64,000 nt of DNA from a virus: IMG/VR virus record IMGVR_UViG_3300036900_000256, positions 1-64,000 of that record; one strand, given 5' to 3'. Position 1 is the stretch's first letter. The number at the start of each line of letters is the position of its first letter. The notes under the pieces were generated by a model. The model searched no databases and was not told the DNA's origin. It worked only from the letters and a program-made list of their open reading frames with translations. A program made the translations under genes and the position numbers. Of this stretch, positions 1 through 8,918 are shown in pieces.

Positions 1-67
1 AACACTGTGGGCCGCGCCCAACTCCGATGGGCGCGGCCAACTGTGCATCAGCGGTCGAATCTGTTCG

Positions 68-271
68 TCAGCGGTCGAATCGGCCAGCCTTCACATCGAC
101 CAGAAACATCGACAACCGACCGTCGTCGAACGCGAGGACAGGACCGGTCACATTCTTCGAATCGCGCACGGCACCCACCCCTTCAACCCTTGCGAGTTCG
201 ACGCACGACCCGCCGGACGAACCACTGCGGGTCGACTTGCGCCACCTCGCTCCTCTCAACTTCGAGGACAT
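68..271 (-). CDS. DUF397 family protein (Scr2-like partner of Xre-DUF5753)
   Basis: WRKSTRS..GGSCVELA..AVRDSK..GP.L.F signature; directly downstream of Xre-DUF5753 gene. Confidence 0.92.
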   Translation of the reverse strand: MSSKLRGARWRKSTRSGSSGGSCVELARVEGVGAVRDSKNVTGPVLAFDDGRLSMFLVDVKAGRFDR

Positions 272-292
272 GCTGCTCTCCCTTGCTCGGCG

Positions 293-1144
293 TCACACTT
301 CCGCCGCTACAGTAGCGAGGAGTGTGACAGTGTCACGCGTCGACAGGGCCACATCCAGCATCTGAGCGAACGCGGCCTCGTACTTCTCGACGCGCTCTTC
401 GTCGTCCACGAAGATCCCGTCCGTCAGGTTTTCGAGGTACACCACAGTCCGTCGTCGCCCTGGTGGCGTCAGGATCGTGAAGGGAAAGCCGCGGGCGGGG
501 TGCATGCCAGCCGAGGCCTGGATGACCCGGACATCCGCCTTGCCTTGGTCAACCAAGTCAACGAGGTGCCGGAGTTGATGGCGCATCACCTTCGGGCTGC
601 CGATCGTGAGGCGCAGAGCGGCTTCGGGCAGCACAAGCGTCGGCCGCACCGGCTGCGGACCTTCGAGCCGTGCCTGCCGCGCCATCCTGGCTTGGACGAG
701 TTTGTCGACCTCGGCGGGCTTCACGATGTTGAACCCGACGACCGCGCGGGCGTAGTCCTCGGTCTGGGCCAGCCCGTGTACCAGCTCGGGGTGGTAGTCC
801 CGGACCACCTTGGCGGTTTCCTCGACGCGGAAGAAACGCTGCAACCGGGCTGGCACTGCGGCGCCCCACGGGGTCGGCGGGCGGCGCTGCCGCGCTGCCG
901 CCGCCAGTTCCTCGATCGCGCTCCGTTCCTCGCCTGCGACGCCGAAGAGATCCAGCAGTTTTTCCAGTTCGCTGTGCGTCATGGCGGATCGGCCGCGCTC
1001 GATGGTGCCGATCTTCGCTTCCGAGCAGTGGAGTTGCAGGGCGGCGTCCTTGCGGGATTTCTTCGCGTGGAGGCGATGCTCGGCGAGCACCTCACCGAGT
1101 TGAAGCTTGTAATCGGTCGGGCTCTGGACGTCCTCACTCATCAT
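293..1144 (-). CDS. Xre-family HTH regulator with DUF5753 domain (Scr1-like)
   Basis: N-terminal HTH (LGEVLAEHR..SEAKIGTIERG), LVHGLAQTEDYARA, RMARQ, VYLENL motifs; paired with DUF397. Confidence 0.9.
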   Translation of the reverse strand: MMSEDVQSPTDYKLQLGEVLAEHRLHAKKSRKDAALQLHCSEAKIGTIERGRSAMTHSELEKLLDLFGVAGEERSAIEELAAAARQRRPPTPWGAAVPARLQRFFRVEETAKVVRDYHPELVHGLAQTEDYARAVVGFNIVKPAEVDKLVQARMARQARLEGPQPVRPTLVLPEAALRLTIGSPKVMRHQLRHLVDLVDQGKADVRVIQASAGMHPARGFPFTILTPPGRRRTVVYLENLTDGIFVDDEERVEKYEAAFAQMLDVALSTRDTVTLLATVAAEV

Positions 1145-1223
1145 GGGCACCCCCTGTGTGATCGAGGACAGTTTGCACGAGACCGGCATGGGCACCACTC
1201 ACCTGATTGGGCGTCTAGACGGT

Positions 1224-1249
1224 TGTCACAGTGACAGTTTACCGTGACA
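1224..1249. promoter_or_regulatory. Palindromic operator TGTCAC-A-GTGACA plus an extra CCGTGACA half-site in a divergent promoter region
   Basis: Perfect 13-bp palindrome at 1224-1236 between Xre gene and divergent small operon. Confidence 0.5.
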
Positions 1250-1322
1250 AGGCCTAAACGGTACTGGGTTCGCCCAGTGCCCGGACGGCCCCACCGCTCC
1301 GCGCCAAGGCGTCACACTTCCA

Positions 1323-1586
1323 GTGCGCTCACAGCGCGGAGCGGCCGGGCCCAACACGGAAGGTCGTGCCGTGCAGGAGATCCGTAGCCAGGTGTTGATG
1401 GACTGCCGCGACCGGGACGGCTGCGCCACGAAGGTCGGCGCCGGGCTCATCCGCGGCGGCGGCATTGTCCTGATCAGCCACGCCCACGACGGCAAAGCGC
1501 TTCTCACACAGCCCGAAGCCGCGGAGTATCTCGGGCTATTCCGGCGCCTGATCAGCGAGTCCGCACTCAGCGAGCCCACCCGATGA
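1323..1586 (+). CDS. Hypothetical protein (start may be GTG at 1371)
   Basis: First of three ATGA-coupled ORFs divergent from Xre. Confidence 0.5.
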   Translation: MRSQRGAAGPNTEGRAVQEIRSQVLMDCRDRDGCATKVGAGLIRGGGIVLISHAHDGKALLTQPEAAEYLGLFRRLISESALSEPTR

Positions 1587-1906
1587 TCACTGCCTTAGCG
1601 AGTAGCGAAGCAGCCACTACCCCTCAGTTGATCGCGTTCCTGGCACTGATGCTGGTAGTGGTCCTGGCCGGGTGTCTGCTGGTCCCGCAGTACAAGGAGC
1701 GTGCCCGCGCGGCGGCCCTGGTTCGCGGCCTGCGCGCCTGGGTGCGCTCGATGTCCGCCCCCGAGCACAACCCCCTCAGGTCCCCGTCCTCTCACCGTGA
1801 CCCCCGACCGGTGTCCGGACGGCACGCGGCGGACCCAACCCGAATCTCCGCCTCCCCCCGGGCTGGGTCCGCCGCACCCACACCACATCGCAGGCGGGCG
1901 GCATGA
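1583..1906 (+). CDS. Hypothetical membrane protein
   Basis: N-terminal hydrophobic helix; ATGA overlaps at both ends. Confidence 0.55.
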   Translation: MITALASSEAATTPQLIAFLALMLVVVLAGCLLVPQYKERARAAALVRGLRAWVRSMSAPEHNPLRSPSSHRDPRPVSGRHAADPTRISASPRAGSAAPTPHRRRAA

Positions 1907-2136
1907 CCGCCGTCCTGGTCCGGCCCGGTTTCTTCATCGGGATCCGCGACATGACCCGACACAAGATCGCCACCCGTGCACGGCTCACCGACTACCCCGA
2001 CCCCCCGGCCGGGCCGGGCGGCCATTTCGGGTGGGCGTTGTGCGGCGAACCCGCGTACGAAGACGATGGCGCCGCGCTGCGCCTCCGGATCGCCGAGTGC
2101 CAGATGTGTGTCGGCTTGGCGGTCGATGACGGCTGA
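1903..2136 (+). CDS. Small putative zinc-binding protein
   Basis: H..ALCG..CQMC pattern; ATGA coupling. Confidence 0.6.
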   Translation: MTAVLVRPGFFIGIRDMTRHKIATRARLTDYPDPPAGPGGHFGWALCGEPAYEDDGAALRLRIAECQMCVGLAVDDG

Positions 2137-2203
2137 GCCGTCTTCGCCGCGGTTCGGATCGGGTGCCCTGCACTACCTCGTATAGGAGGTGTGCGGGGCA
2201 CCG

Positions 2204-2410
2204 TCACGTCACGGGGTCGCCGTCGTCCTCATGGAGCTGGCGGCCATGCTCGATTCCCCAGCGTCGTACGTCTTCGGTGCGCCACACCTTGCCCATGGCC
2301 AGTTCGACTTCGGGCCGGGGGAAGTCGTCACGACTGGTCAGCTGGAACACGCGCTGGCGGCCGACGCCGAACAGCTTGCCGATCTCGGCAGCGCCCATGA
2401 GGTGTTCCAT
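2204..2410 (-). CDS. AlpA/excisionase-like HTH DNA-binding protein, probably leaderless
   Basis: LMGAAEIGKLFGVGRQRVFQL..DFPRP..L..GKVW..EDV..W; TATGAT -10 box 7 nt upstream of ATG. Confidence 0.85.
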   Translation of the reverse strand: MEHLMGAAEIGKLFGVGRQRVFQLTSRDDFPRPEVELAMGKVWRTEDVRRWGIEHGRQLHEDDGDPVT

Positions 2411-2421
2411 GCCGAGGATCA

Positions 2422-2480
2422 TAGGCACAAGCCTAGTAGTCAGTAGACTAGTAGTCACATGCCCACTAGGCTTGTGCCTA
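2422..2480. promoter_or_regulatory. 16-bp perfect inverted repeat operator between HTH gene and RNA-repair operon
   Basis: TAGGCACAAGCCTAGT (2422-2437) / ACTAGGCTTGTGCCTA (2465-2480); CTAGTAGTCA direct repeat at 2433 and 2448. Confidence 0.75.
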
Positions 2481-2534
2481 CTAGACGTATGACTAGACCT
2501 CGTGCAGCGACCCGTCGATACCGCAGGAGCCCAC

Positions 2535-3698
2535 GTGTCCAAGCTCAACGACCTGTTCGATCAGAGCCTGCTCGGGGAGATGATCAGCGGCGGGTTCGTG
2601 CGTGTGCAGCACCATCCCGACCTGCCGCTTTCGATCTTCAACTACACCGAGAAGGCCGCGTACGAGCACGTGTGGAACTTGGTCACCACCACCTGCCGGG
2701 GGCTCATCACGAACCGGGACACCGGGGATGTCGTGGCCCGGCCGTTCGGGAAGTTCTTCAACTACGGCGAGCGTCTCGCGGCCGAGCTTGACCTAGCTGC
2801 ACCGGTCGTGGTGTCGGACAAGGCGGACGGAAGTTTGGGCGTGCTGTACTCCGTTCCCAGTGGATGGGCCGTCGCGACGCGTGGCTCCTTCACCTCCGAC
2901 CAGGCGCGGCACGCGACCGCGCTGTTCAACGAGCGGTACGCCGACTGGCAGCCGCCTGAGGGCGTGACTGTGCTGTTCGAGATCGTCTACCCGGACAACC
3001 GAATCGTGCTCGACTACGACGGGATGGACGACCTGATCCTGCTCGGCGCGATCGACACGGACACCGGGGGCACCGCGCACCCGCTGCTCACTGCTGACTG
3101 GCCGGGCCCGAGGGTGGAGGTCTTCCCGTACTCCAGCCTTGCTGAGGCGCTGGCCGCCGAATCCCGTCCGAACGCCGAGGGTCTGGTGGTGCGGTTCGTC
3201 GACACCGACCAGCGGGTAAAGCTCAAGCAGGCCGACTACGTGGCCATGCACCGCATCGTCACCGGGTTCACCGCTCGCCGCTTGTGGGAGCGCGCCGCGG
3301 TGCACGCGGTGTTGGCCGTGACCCCCGACGTGTCGGTGAAGCGGCTTGCCCAAAACCTGCGCCTTGATGTGGCTGACGCCGCAGACATCGTCGACGCCGG
3401 TCCTGACTGGCTTGACCAGATCCGCGAGCTCGCCCCGGAGGAGTTCCTCGGGTGGATAGACACCACCGTGGCCCGCCTACACGCCGAGGCCGCCCCAGTG
3501 GTGGCCGACGTGCTGGCGGCGGCCGATCGGCTGATGGTGCTACCTCGCCAGCAGGCCGCTGCCCAACTGGTCAGCCACCCGTATCGGGGGATGGTGTTCG
3601 CCGCCCTGGACGGGAAGGACATCACCGCGCAGGCATGGGCGTCGATCTACCCGGCCCACGAGAAGCCGTACTGGACCCGGACGGAGGACGCGGCGTGA
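2535..3698 (+). CDS. T4 Rnl1-like RNA ligase
   Basis: IFNY, CRGLI, RPFGKFFN, motif I KADGS, ATRGSF, FEIV, EGLVV, KLK; AGGAG RBS before GTG 2535. Confidence 0.92.
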   Translation: MSKLNDLFDQSLLGEMISGGFVRVQHHPDLPLSIFNYTEKAAYEHVWNLVTTTCRGLITNRDTGDVVARPFGKFFNYGERLAAELDLAAPVVVSDKADGSLGVLYSVPSGWAVATRGSFTSDQARHATALFNERYADWQPPEGVTVLFEIVYPDNRIVLDYDGMDDLILLGAIDTDTGGTAHPLLTADWPGPRVEVFPYSSLAEALAAESRPNAEGLVVRFVDTDQRVKLKQADYVAMHRIVTGFTARRLWERAAVHAVLAVTPDVSVKRLAQNLRLDVADAADIVDAGPDWLDQIRELAPEEFLGWIDTTVARLHAEAAPVVADVLAAADRLMVLPRQQAAAQLVSHPYRGMVFAALDGKDITAQAWASIYPAHEKPYWTRTEDAA

Positions 3699-4600
3699 CC
3701 CGCCTGATCGCGACGCGCGGTCTGCCCGCGTCGGGAAAGACCACCTGGGCGAAGGAGATGGTGTCCGCCGCCGAGCAGCCCATGGTGCGCGTGAATCGTG
3801 ACGACCTGAGGTTGATGCTCGACGGGCAGCCGTTGCACACCCACCCCGCCGAGAAGCGGGTGAGCGTCGTGCAGCAGTCGGCCGTGGCCGAGCTGCTCCG
3901 TGAGGGCGTGGACGTGATCGTGGACGACACGAACCTGCGTGCTCGTTACCTGCGAACTTGGGTCGAACTGGCCGACCGGTGCGGTGCCGACCTCGAAGTG
4001 CGGGACTTTACCGGCGTGGATGTCGAGGAGTGTGTGCGCCGCGACAATGAGCGTGAGCGGCCGGTCGGTGTGGACGTGATCCGGTCGATGCATCGGCGGT
4101 ACCTCGCCGGGCGAAAGTTGCCGCTCGACATCCCGGTATTGCCTGCCGCCGTCCCTGGGCGTCCGTACGTGCCGAACCCGCTCTTGCCCGCCACGGTGAT
4201 GGTCGACATCGACGGCACCATCGCGATCAATGCTGGCGTGCGGGACCCGTTCGACGCGACCCGTTACCACCTTGACCATCCCAACTCGGCGGTCATCGCG
4301 GCGGTCAACTCCATGTACTTGGCGGGGCACCTGGTGGTGTTCTGCTCCGGCCGCGACGATACCTATCGGGACGTCACCCAGGCGTGGCTCGACGAGCACG
4401 TGCCCATCCCGCACTCCGGACTGTTCATGCGCGCAGCGGGCGACCGTCGTCGCGACGACGTGGTGAAACTGGAGTTGTTCGACCGGCACATCCGCGACCG
4501 GTACTGCGTCGTTTGCGTGTTCGACGACCGCGACCGGGTGGTCAAGGCGTGGCGCGGGATCGGGCTCACGGTGATGCAGGTCGCCGAAGGCGCGTTCTAG
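3695..4600 (+). CDS. T4 PseT-like polynucleotide 5'-kinase/3'-phosphatase
   Basis: P-loop GLPASGKT, NRDDLR, HAD DIDGT, SGR, FDDR; GTGA overlap with ligase. Confidence 0.95.
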   Translation: MTRLIATRGLPASGKTTWAKEMVSAAEQPMVRVNRDDLRLMLDGQPLHTHPAEKRVSVVQQSAVAELLREGVDVIVDDTNLRARYLRTWVELADRCGADLEVRDFTGVDVEECVRRDNERERPVGVDVIRSMHRRYLAGRKLPLDIPVLPAAVPGRPYVPNPLLPATVMVDIDGTIAINAGVRDPFDATRYHLDHPNSAVIAAVNSMYLAGHLVVFCSGRDDTYRDVTQAWLDEHVPIPHSGLFMRAAGDRRRDDVVKLELFDRHIRDRYCVVCVFDDRDRVVKAWRGIGLTVMQVAEGAF

Positions 4601-4726
4601 CGGCTTCGCCCAGTCCCCGGTCCGGCCGCGTGGCACCACGGCCGGACCGGCTTCCAACCCAAACACGCCAGAAGGGCCAGGACGTGAAGAAGATTCCGAC
4701 TGATGGGTGTGGGAGGCCAGCCGACC

Positions 4727-5095
4727 ATGACGTCTGATGTGGTGCCCCGACTCCTCAAAGCAATCGGGGCAGCGGAACAACGGGTGGCGGCCAAGAGCGA
4801 GTGGGGCCGTCCGTACGACGAGTCGTGGCACACGCTGCACTGCGGGTGGCAGCTCGGCGAGGAAATCCACGACGAATGCGAGTGCGGAGTCCCGGCCGCC
4901 GTCCTCCGCCGGTGCGCGGCAGATCGGCGACAGGTCGAGCGCCACAAGCCCATCAGCCACCACGACGGGTTCACCTACTGCGCCACCTGCGGCAGCGGGG
5001 AGCCCTATGAGTATCCGACGGATTGGCCGTGCGACACGTTGAAGGACATCGCCGAGCCCTACGGCGTCACCGACACCGCTGACTCCGATGGGTGA
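4727..5095 (+). CDS. DUF6221-like phage protein with CxxC...WPC motif
   Basis: VLRRCAADRR..H..CATC..WPCDTLKDIAEPYG. Confidence 0.65.
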   Translation: MTSDVVPRLLKAIGAAEQRVAAKSEWGRPYDESWHTLHCGWQLGEEIHDECECGVPAAVLRRCAADRRQVERHKPISHHDGFTYCATCGSGEPYEYPTDWPCDTLKDIAEPYGVTDTADSDG

Positions 5096-5327
5096 GGTGA
5101 TCCGGTTCGGCGGCCGAGGCCGTGAGCCCACACCCCCGCCGATACCCCCGGCCCCGGACCCGGATAACGGGTTGTGCGCCACGTGGGGTGAGCTGATCGA
5201 CACGTGGATGTACCTGTGCGACACGGGGGAGTACTGGACGTTGCGCGCCCAGTTGAAGGCGTGGTCGGTCGCGTGCGAGGGGATCCCGCTGCCGGACGGC
5301 GTGCTCGGCGACCCGGAGGAGGAGTAG
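5088..5327 (+). CDS. Hypothetical protein
   Basis: Overlap-coupled ORF in operon. Confidence 0.55.
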   Translation: MGEVIRFGGRGREPTPPPIPPAPDPDNGLCATWGELIDTWMYLCDTGEYWTLRAQLKAWSVACEGIPLPDGVLGDPEEE

Positions 5328-5329
5328 CA

Positions 5330-5506
5330 GTGCAGACCAAGGACATCTCTCCCCAGGCGGCCCACCTGGACGACGACGAGCACCTCCCGGAAGGGCGGTG
5401 CCAATGCTTGTGCCTGGCGTGCACGACGCGCGACGGACGCTGCGTGTGCCCGGAGTGCGACTGCGAGGAGCCGGGGGACCACGGCGCGTGGGTGTGGGAA
5501 GCGTGA
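5330..5506 (+). CDS. Small Cys-rich hypothetical protein
   Basis: GGAGGAG RBS; CQCLCLAC..CVCPECDC. Confidence 0.5.
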   Translation: MQTKDISPQAAHLDDDEHLPEGRCQCLCLACTTRDGRCVCPECDCEEPGDHGAWVWEA

Positions 5507-5555
5507 AACGCAGCATGTCCCAGCCGCCGACAGCCGCACCCATGTTCGAATCGGT

Positions 5556-5583
5556 GTGCCACACAACTAAGATTATGTGGTTT
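5556..5583. other. dif/res-like recombination site (11-6-11)
   Basis: GTGCCACACAA-CTAAGA-TTATGTGGTTT; arms inverted (CCACACAA / TTATGTGG, 7 of 8); 11 bp upstream of tyrosine recombinase start. Confidence 0.6.
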
Positions 5584-5594
5584 TTGGGAGTGAG

Positions 5595-6674
5595 ATGAGC
5601 ACCGAACTGCAGGTCACCACCAGCCCGGACCTCGCCGTTGCGCAGGGTCGCGCTGTTGTGCACGACGCCGTCCGCGACCAGCTCGTCTACGAGATCGGCC
5701 GCGACCGGCTGGAGAAGCTCGACGCCGTGGTCGACCCGGCGACGTTCGACGCCGTGCTCCACTGGCTGTCCGGCGGTGAGCGGTCCTCCCTCGACACGAA
5801 GCGTCGGTACGCCGAAGACCTCACCGCGTTCGCCGAGTGGGCTGCCCTGCACCTCGGATGCCGCACGGTCTCGCTGCTGTCCGTCCTCACCTTCGAGACG
5901 ATCACCACCTGGACCATCTACGCCCGCTCGCAGGGGCTCGCCGCGCGCAGCCAACGCCGGATCCTGTCCGCCGTGTCCAGCCTGTTCAAGCACACCGCAC
6001 CCCGCGGGTGGTCCTCCCCCAACCCGGTGTCCTTCAGGTCCCACGCCCCGAAGGTCGGCACCTCGACCACCGGACGGCCTGCCGGGGCGACCCGCGTCCT
6101 GCCCGCCGACGAAGCAGTCCGCATGGGGAAGGCAGCGCGCACCGCAGAGGAGCGCCTCACGTTCGACCTGCTCTACCTGCAAGGGCTCCGCGAGTCCGAG
6201 GTGGTCAACCTCATGGCGGAGAACGTCGACCGCAACCAGTCCCCCGCGGTCCTGAACTTCCAGCGCAAGGGCGGCCAGTGGAAGCAACGCATCCTGCCCG
6301 CGGCGACGTTGCGGCACCTGGACGACCTCCTCGACGTCCGCGATGACGGGCCGGTGCTGATCGACCCGAAGACCGGCGGTGCCCGCAACCGCCACCAGTT
6401 GATCGACCTGACCCGCAGGCTCGCCCGCCGCGCCGAGATCCCCAACCCGCAGGGCGTCACCCCGCACGTTCTCCGCGCTGCGGCCATCACCGCGCTGCTC
6501 AACGGCGGCTCCCCGCTGCAGCAGGTCCAGAAGTGGGCGGACCACGCGCACGCCACCACCACCCAGGGGTACTGGGAGCGGTCGAACGGCCTGCAGCGCG
6601 ACGCCGAGCTGACGGGCAGCCTCGCGTCCATGCTGTCGGACGAAGACGGCCCGCTGCTCGGCGGCGGCGAGTGA
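5595..6674 (+). CDS. XerC/D-like tyrosine recombinase
   Basis: SAM-like core domain, GLRESE (R), RKGG (K), HVLR (HxxR), DHA (H), TTQGY (Y); no N-terminal arm-binding domain. Confidence 0.92.
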   Translation: MSTELQVTTSPDLAVAQGRAVVHDAVRDQLVYEIGRDRLEKLDAVVDPATFDAVLHWLSGGERSSLDTKRRYAEDLTAFAEWAALHLGCRTVSLLSVLTFETITTWTIYARSQGLAARSQRRILSAVSSLFKHTAPRGWSSPNPVSFRSHAPKVGTSTTGRPAGATRVLPADEAVRMGKAARTAEERLTFDLLYLQGLRESEVVNLMAENVDRNQSPAVLNFQRKGGQWKQRILPAATLRHLDDLLDVRDDGPVLIDPKTGGARNRHQLIDLTRRLARRAEIPNPQGVTPHVLRAAAITALLNGGSPLQQVQKWADHAHATTTQGYWERSNGLQRDAELTGSLASMLSDEDGPLLGGGE

Positions 6675-7351
6675 CGCGGATCTGCGGCAGGACAACGCGA
6701 AAGAGACTCGCGTGCAAGCTCCCCGTCTCCCGGATCTATCGGTGGCCGCACGGTGACGACTTCGCCCCAGCGTGCGCGGCCCACCTCACTCCCGACGAGA
6801 CTGCTGCGTTCGATGCGCTGCGGACCGCAGACGCGGACGCACTCGCCGCAGCGCACCGTCAACCACCGGCGTGCCACTCATGGTCACTGATCGCGCCGGT
6901 CGAGCCTGATCAGGTCGAGTTGGACATTGGCGTCCGCTACGGCGGGCGGATGGCCGAAGCGCTCCGCCTGTGCCGCCAACTCCTGACCTGGCAGGCGGAC
7001 CGGTGCGCCATCTGCGGCGAACTCGGCGGCGACGTCGAGGACCACTGCCACCGCAGCGGCCTGTTCCGAGGCTGGCTGTGCCACAGCTGCAACATCCGGG
7101 AAGGACTGTGGGACACCACCACGTTCCGGCTCTACCGCGAGCGCCCACCTGCGGTGATCCTCGGCTACACCTACCAGTACGACGGCTATGGCTGCTCGGA
7201 CGGCGCCGAGCCGGAGCAGTGGGTGGTGGACGCACTTGGGCCACGGCCGCCCGATCACTCCCCCGAGGCCGCCGCGTACCTGGCGGCAGCAGCGACGCTG
7301 GACAAGCCACGTCAGCGACCGGACAACCCGCTGAAGAAGATGGGCCTGTGA
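6671..7351 (+). CDS. Endonuclease VII-like domain protein
   Basis: Q..RCAIC..EDHCH.SG..RGWLCHSCNIREG. Confidence 0.8.
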   Translation: MTRICGRTTRKRLACKLPVSRIYRWPHGDDFAPACAAHLTPDETAAFDALRTADADALAAAHRQPPACHSWSLIAPVEPDQVELDIGVRYGGRMAEALRLCRQLLTWQADRCAICGELGGDVEDHCHRSGLFRGWLCHSCNIREGLWDTTTFRLYRERPPAVILGYTYQYDGYGCSDGAEPEQWVVDALGPRPPDHSPEAAAYLAAAATLDKPRQRPDNPLKKMGL

Positions 7352-7521
7352 CGATGCCGGAGCAGATTAGCAAGGGCGCCTACAAGCGCCAGGTCCAAGC
7401 GCTTGCGGACGGATACGAGATCCCGAAGGCGGCAGCACGGCGGATCATCGACGCCACCTTGGAGGGGGCAGACCTGGACGTGGCGATCCAACGCGAGCTG
7501 TCTCCGCGCGAGCAGGCGTGA
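7348..7521 (+). CDS. Hypothetical protein
   Basis: GTGA-coupled both sides. Confidence 0.5.
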   Translation: MTMPEQISKGAYKRQVQALADGYEIPKAAARRIIDATLEGADLDVAIQRELSPREQA

Positions 7522-7778
7522 CCGGGGCGCACGGCGGCGGCACGCTGCGCACGGAGTACGGGGTGCGGTGGGTGCGACCGGACGGACAGGAGCACATCGC
7601 CGAGTTCGGCCACCGCATTGAGGACCGACGCCGCGCCGAGTACGCGCTGGCTGCGCATCCGGAGCTTCCGAAGTCCGAGCTGGTACGCCGCACGGTCCGA
7701 GTGTCCGGGTGGGAGCCTGTGCCCGGCGAGTTGGCCGGGTACGAGAAGCAGCCGAGGAAGAGGACGAGGAAGCACTGA
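7518..7778 (+). CDS. Hypothetical protein
   Basis: Coupled ORF. Confidence 0.55.
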   Translation: MTGAHGGGTLRTEYGVRWVRPDGQEHIAEFGHRIEDRRRAEYALAAHPELPKSELVRRTVRVSGWEPVPGELAGYEKQPRKRTRKH

Positions 7779-8140
7779 TGAACGAGCTGATGAGCCGCTT
7801 GGTGGCTGCGATCTACGTGAAAGCGTCGCTGGCCAAGGAGGCGCAGGGCGGACCGTGGGGAAACGAGGACGAGCCCGGCGAGGTACGCGAGGTGCCGAAC
7901 GGTGGCACAGTCGCGTTTACGCCGCGGCAGGAAGACGGCCAATTCATCGCTGCCAACGACCCGCAGGTCGTCCTTCGACGCTGCGCGGCGGACCAGCGGT
8001 TGGTGAAGCTCTGGCGAGTCGTGAATACCGCGTCGAACGCGTCGCCCGACATGCGGACGGTGATGGACGAAGTGATGCGCCACCTCGCCGACGGCTACGG
8101 AATCACGTCAGCGGGCACGCTCCAGGAGCAAAGCCAGTGA
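7778..8140 (+). CDS. DUF6221-like protein
   Basis: FIAANDPQVVLRRCAADQRLV..MRHLADGYG. Confidence 0.7.
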   Translation: MNELMSRLVAAIYVKASLAKEAQGGPWGNEDEPGEVREVPNGGTVAFTPRQEDGQFIAANDPQVVLRRCAADQRLVKLWRVVNTASNASPDMRTVMDEVMRHLADGYGITSAGTLQEQSQ

Positions 8141-8355
8141 GCGACATCGTCCAGCCAGTCGCAGTTGCCGACACAAGCCGCGCCTACCAGAGGTACGTGC
8201 CAGGCAACGAGCCGTACGGCAACCTCGATCAGCTGTCACAGAAGCCGTGGAGCGTGGTCCACCGCGAGTTCGGCCCTGAGGTGGCCGATGTGCTGACCAG
8301 GAAGCTGGAGCAGGCCGTGGTCGACCACATCACGAAGGGCGGACAGCGCCAGTGA
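8137..8355 (+). CDS. Hypothetical protein
   Basis: GTGA-coupled, GGAG RBS. Confidence 0.5.
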   Translation: MSDIVQPVAVADTSRAYQRYVPGNEPYGNLDQLSQKPWSVVHREFGPEVADVLTRKLEQAVVDHITKGGQRQ

Positions 8356-8585
8356 CCGAGCCGAACCCGCTGAGCGACGCGCTCGCGAAGGCCGTTGCCG
8401 GGATGAAGCACGCCGGGGACATCCTGACGACGCAGGCCGCGATCGCCTGGGTCTACAAGGGCGACCTGGTGAAGGCCCGCGAGGTGTTGGCCAAGCTCCC
8501 TGCGGACAAGCTGGTCGAGGTGTCCATGGCCGCCGCTGCGTTGTCCTCGCTCGCAGACGAAGTAGCCGCTGAGAAGCGCCCATGA
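8352..8585 (+). CDS. Hypothetical helical protein
   Basis: Coupled ORF with phage-like codon use. Confidence 0.6.
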   Translation: MTEPNPLSDALAKAVAGMKHAGDILTTQAAIAWVYKGDLVKAREVLAKLPADKLVEVSMAAAALSSLADEVAAEKRP

Positions 8586-8905
8586 GCGCCTCAACCCTGC
8601 AAGACGCACTGGCCGCGCCTGCCGCACAGGCCCGCGCCCGGTTCGGTGGCCACAGCAATGGCTACCTCGACGGGTCGCTCGTCGTGCATGCCGTCCGCCT
8701 GCAGGACTGGCTCGGCCTCCCCGTGCCCGGTCCTGGTTGTCACGTCGGTACCGGAACCTGGGACTTCACCCGGTTCAAGCCGACCCAGTCGCCGGTATCG
8801 TGCGGGCGGTGCACGAAGGCCGGGCTACAGCGCCCGGAGCCGAGCGGTGACCGGCCCGGCCAGCTCTTGCTTGACGTCGACCTGACAGACGCCGGGCCTG
8901 TCTAA
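8582..8905 (+). CDS. Hypothetical zinc-binding protein
   Basis: VHAV..C..VSCGRC. Confidence 0.6.
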   Translation: MSASTLQDALAAPAAQARARFGGHSNGYLDGSLVVHAVRLQDWLGLPVPGPGCHVGTGTWDFTRFKPTQSPVSCGRCTKAGLQRPEPSGDRPGQLLLDVDLTDAGPV

Positions 8906-8918
8906 GTAGGCTAGCCGT

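Noticed and set aside
5595-6674. Prophage integrase marking the element boundary
   Set aside because: Phage-type genes continue on both sides and no att duplication is visible.
3647-6695. Long minus-strand ORFs (639 aa, 542 aa) and similar ones opposite TMP and traB
   Set aside because: Antisense shadows of real genes in high-GC DNA, with no motifs.
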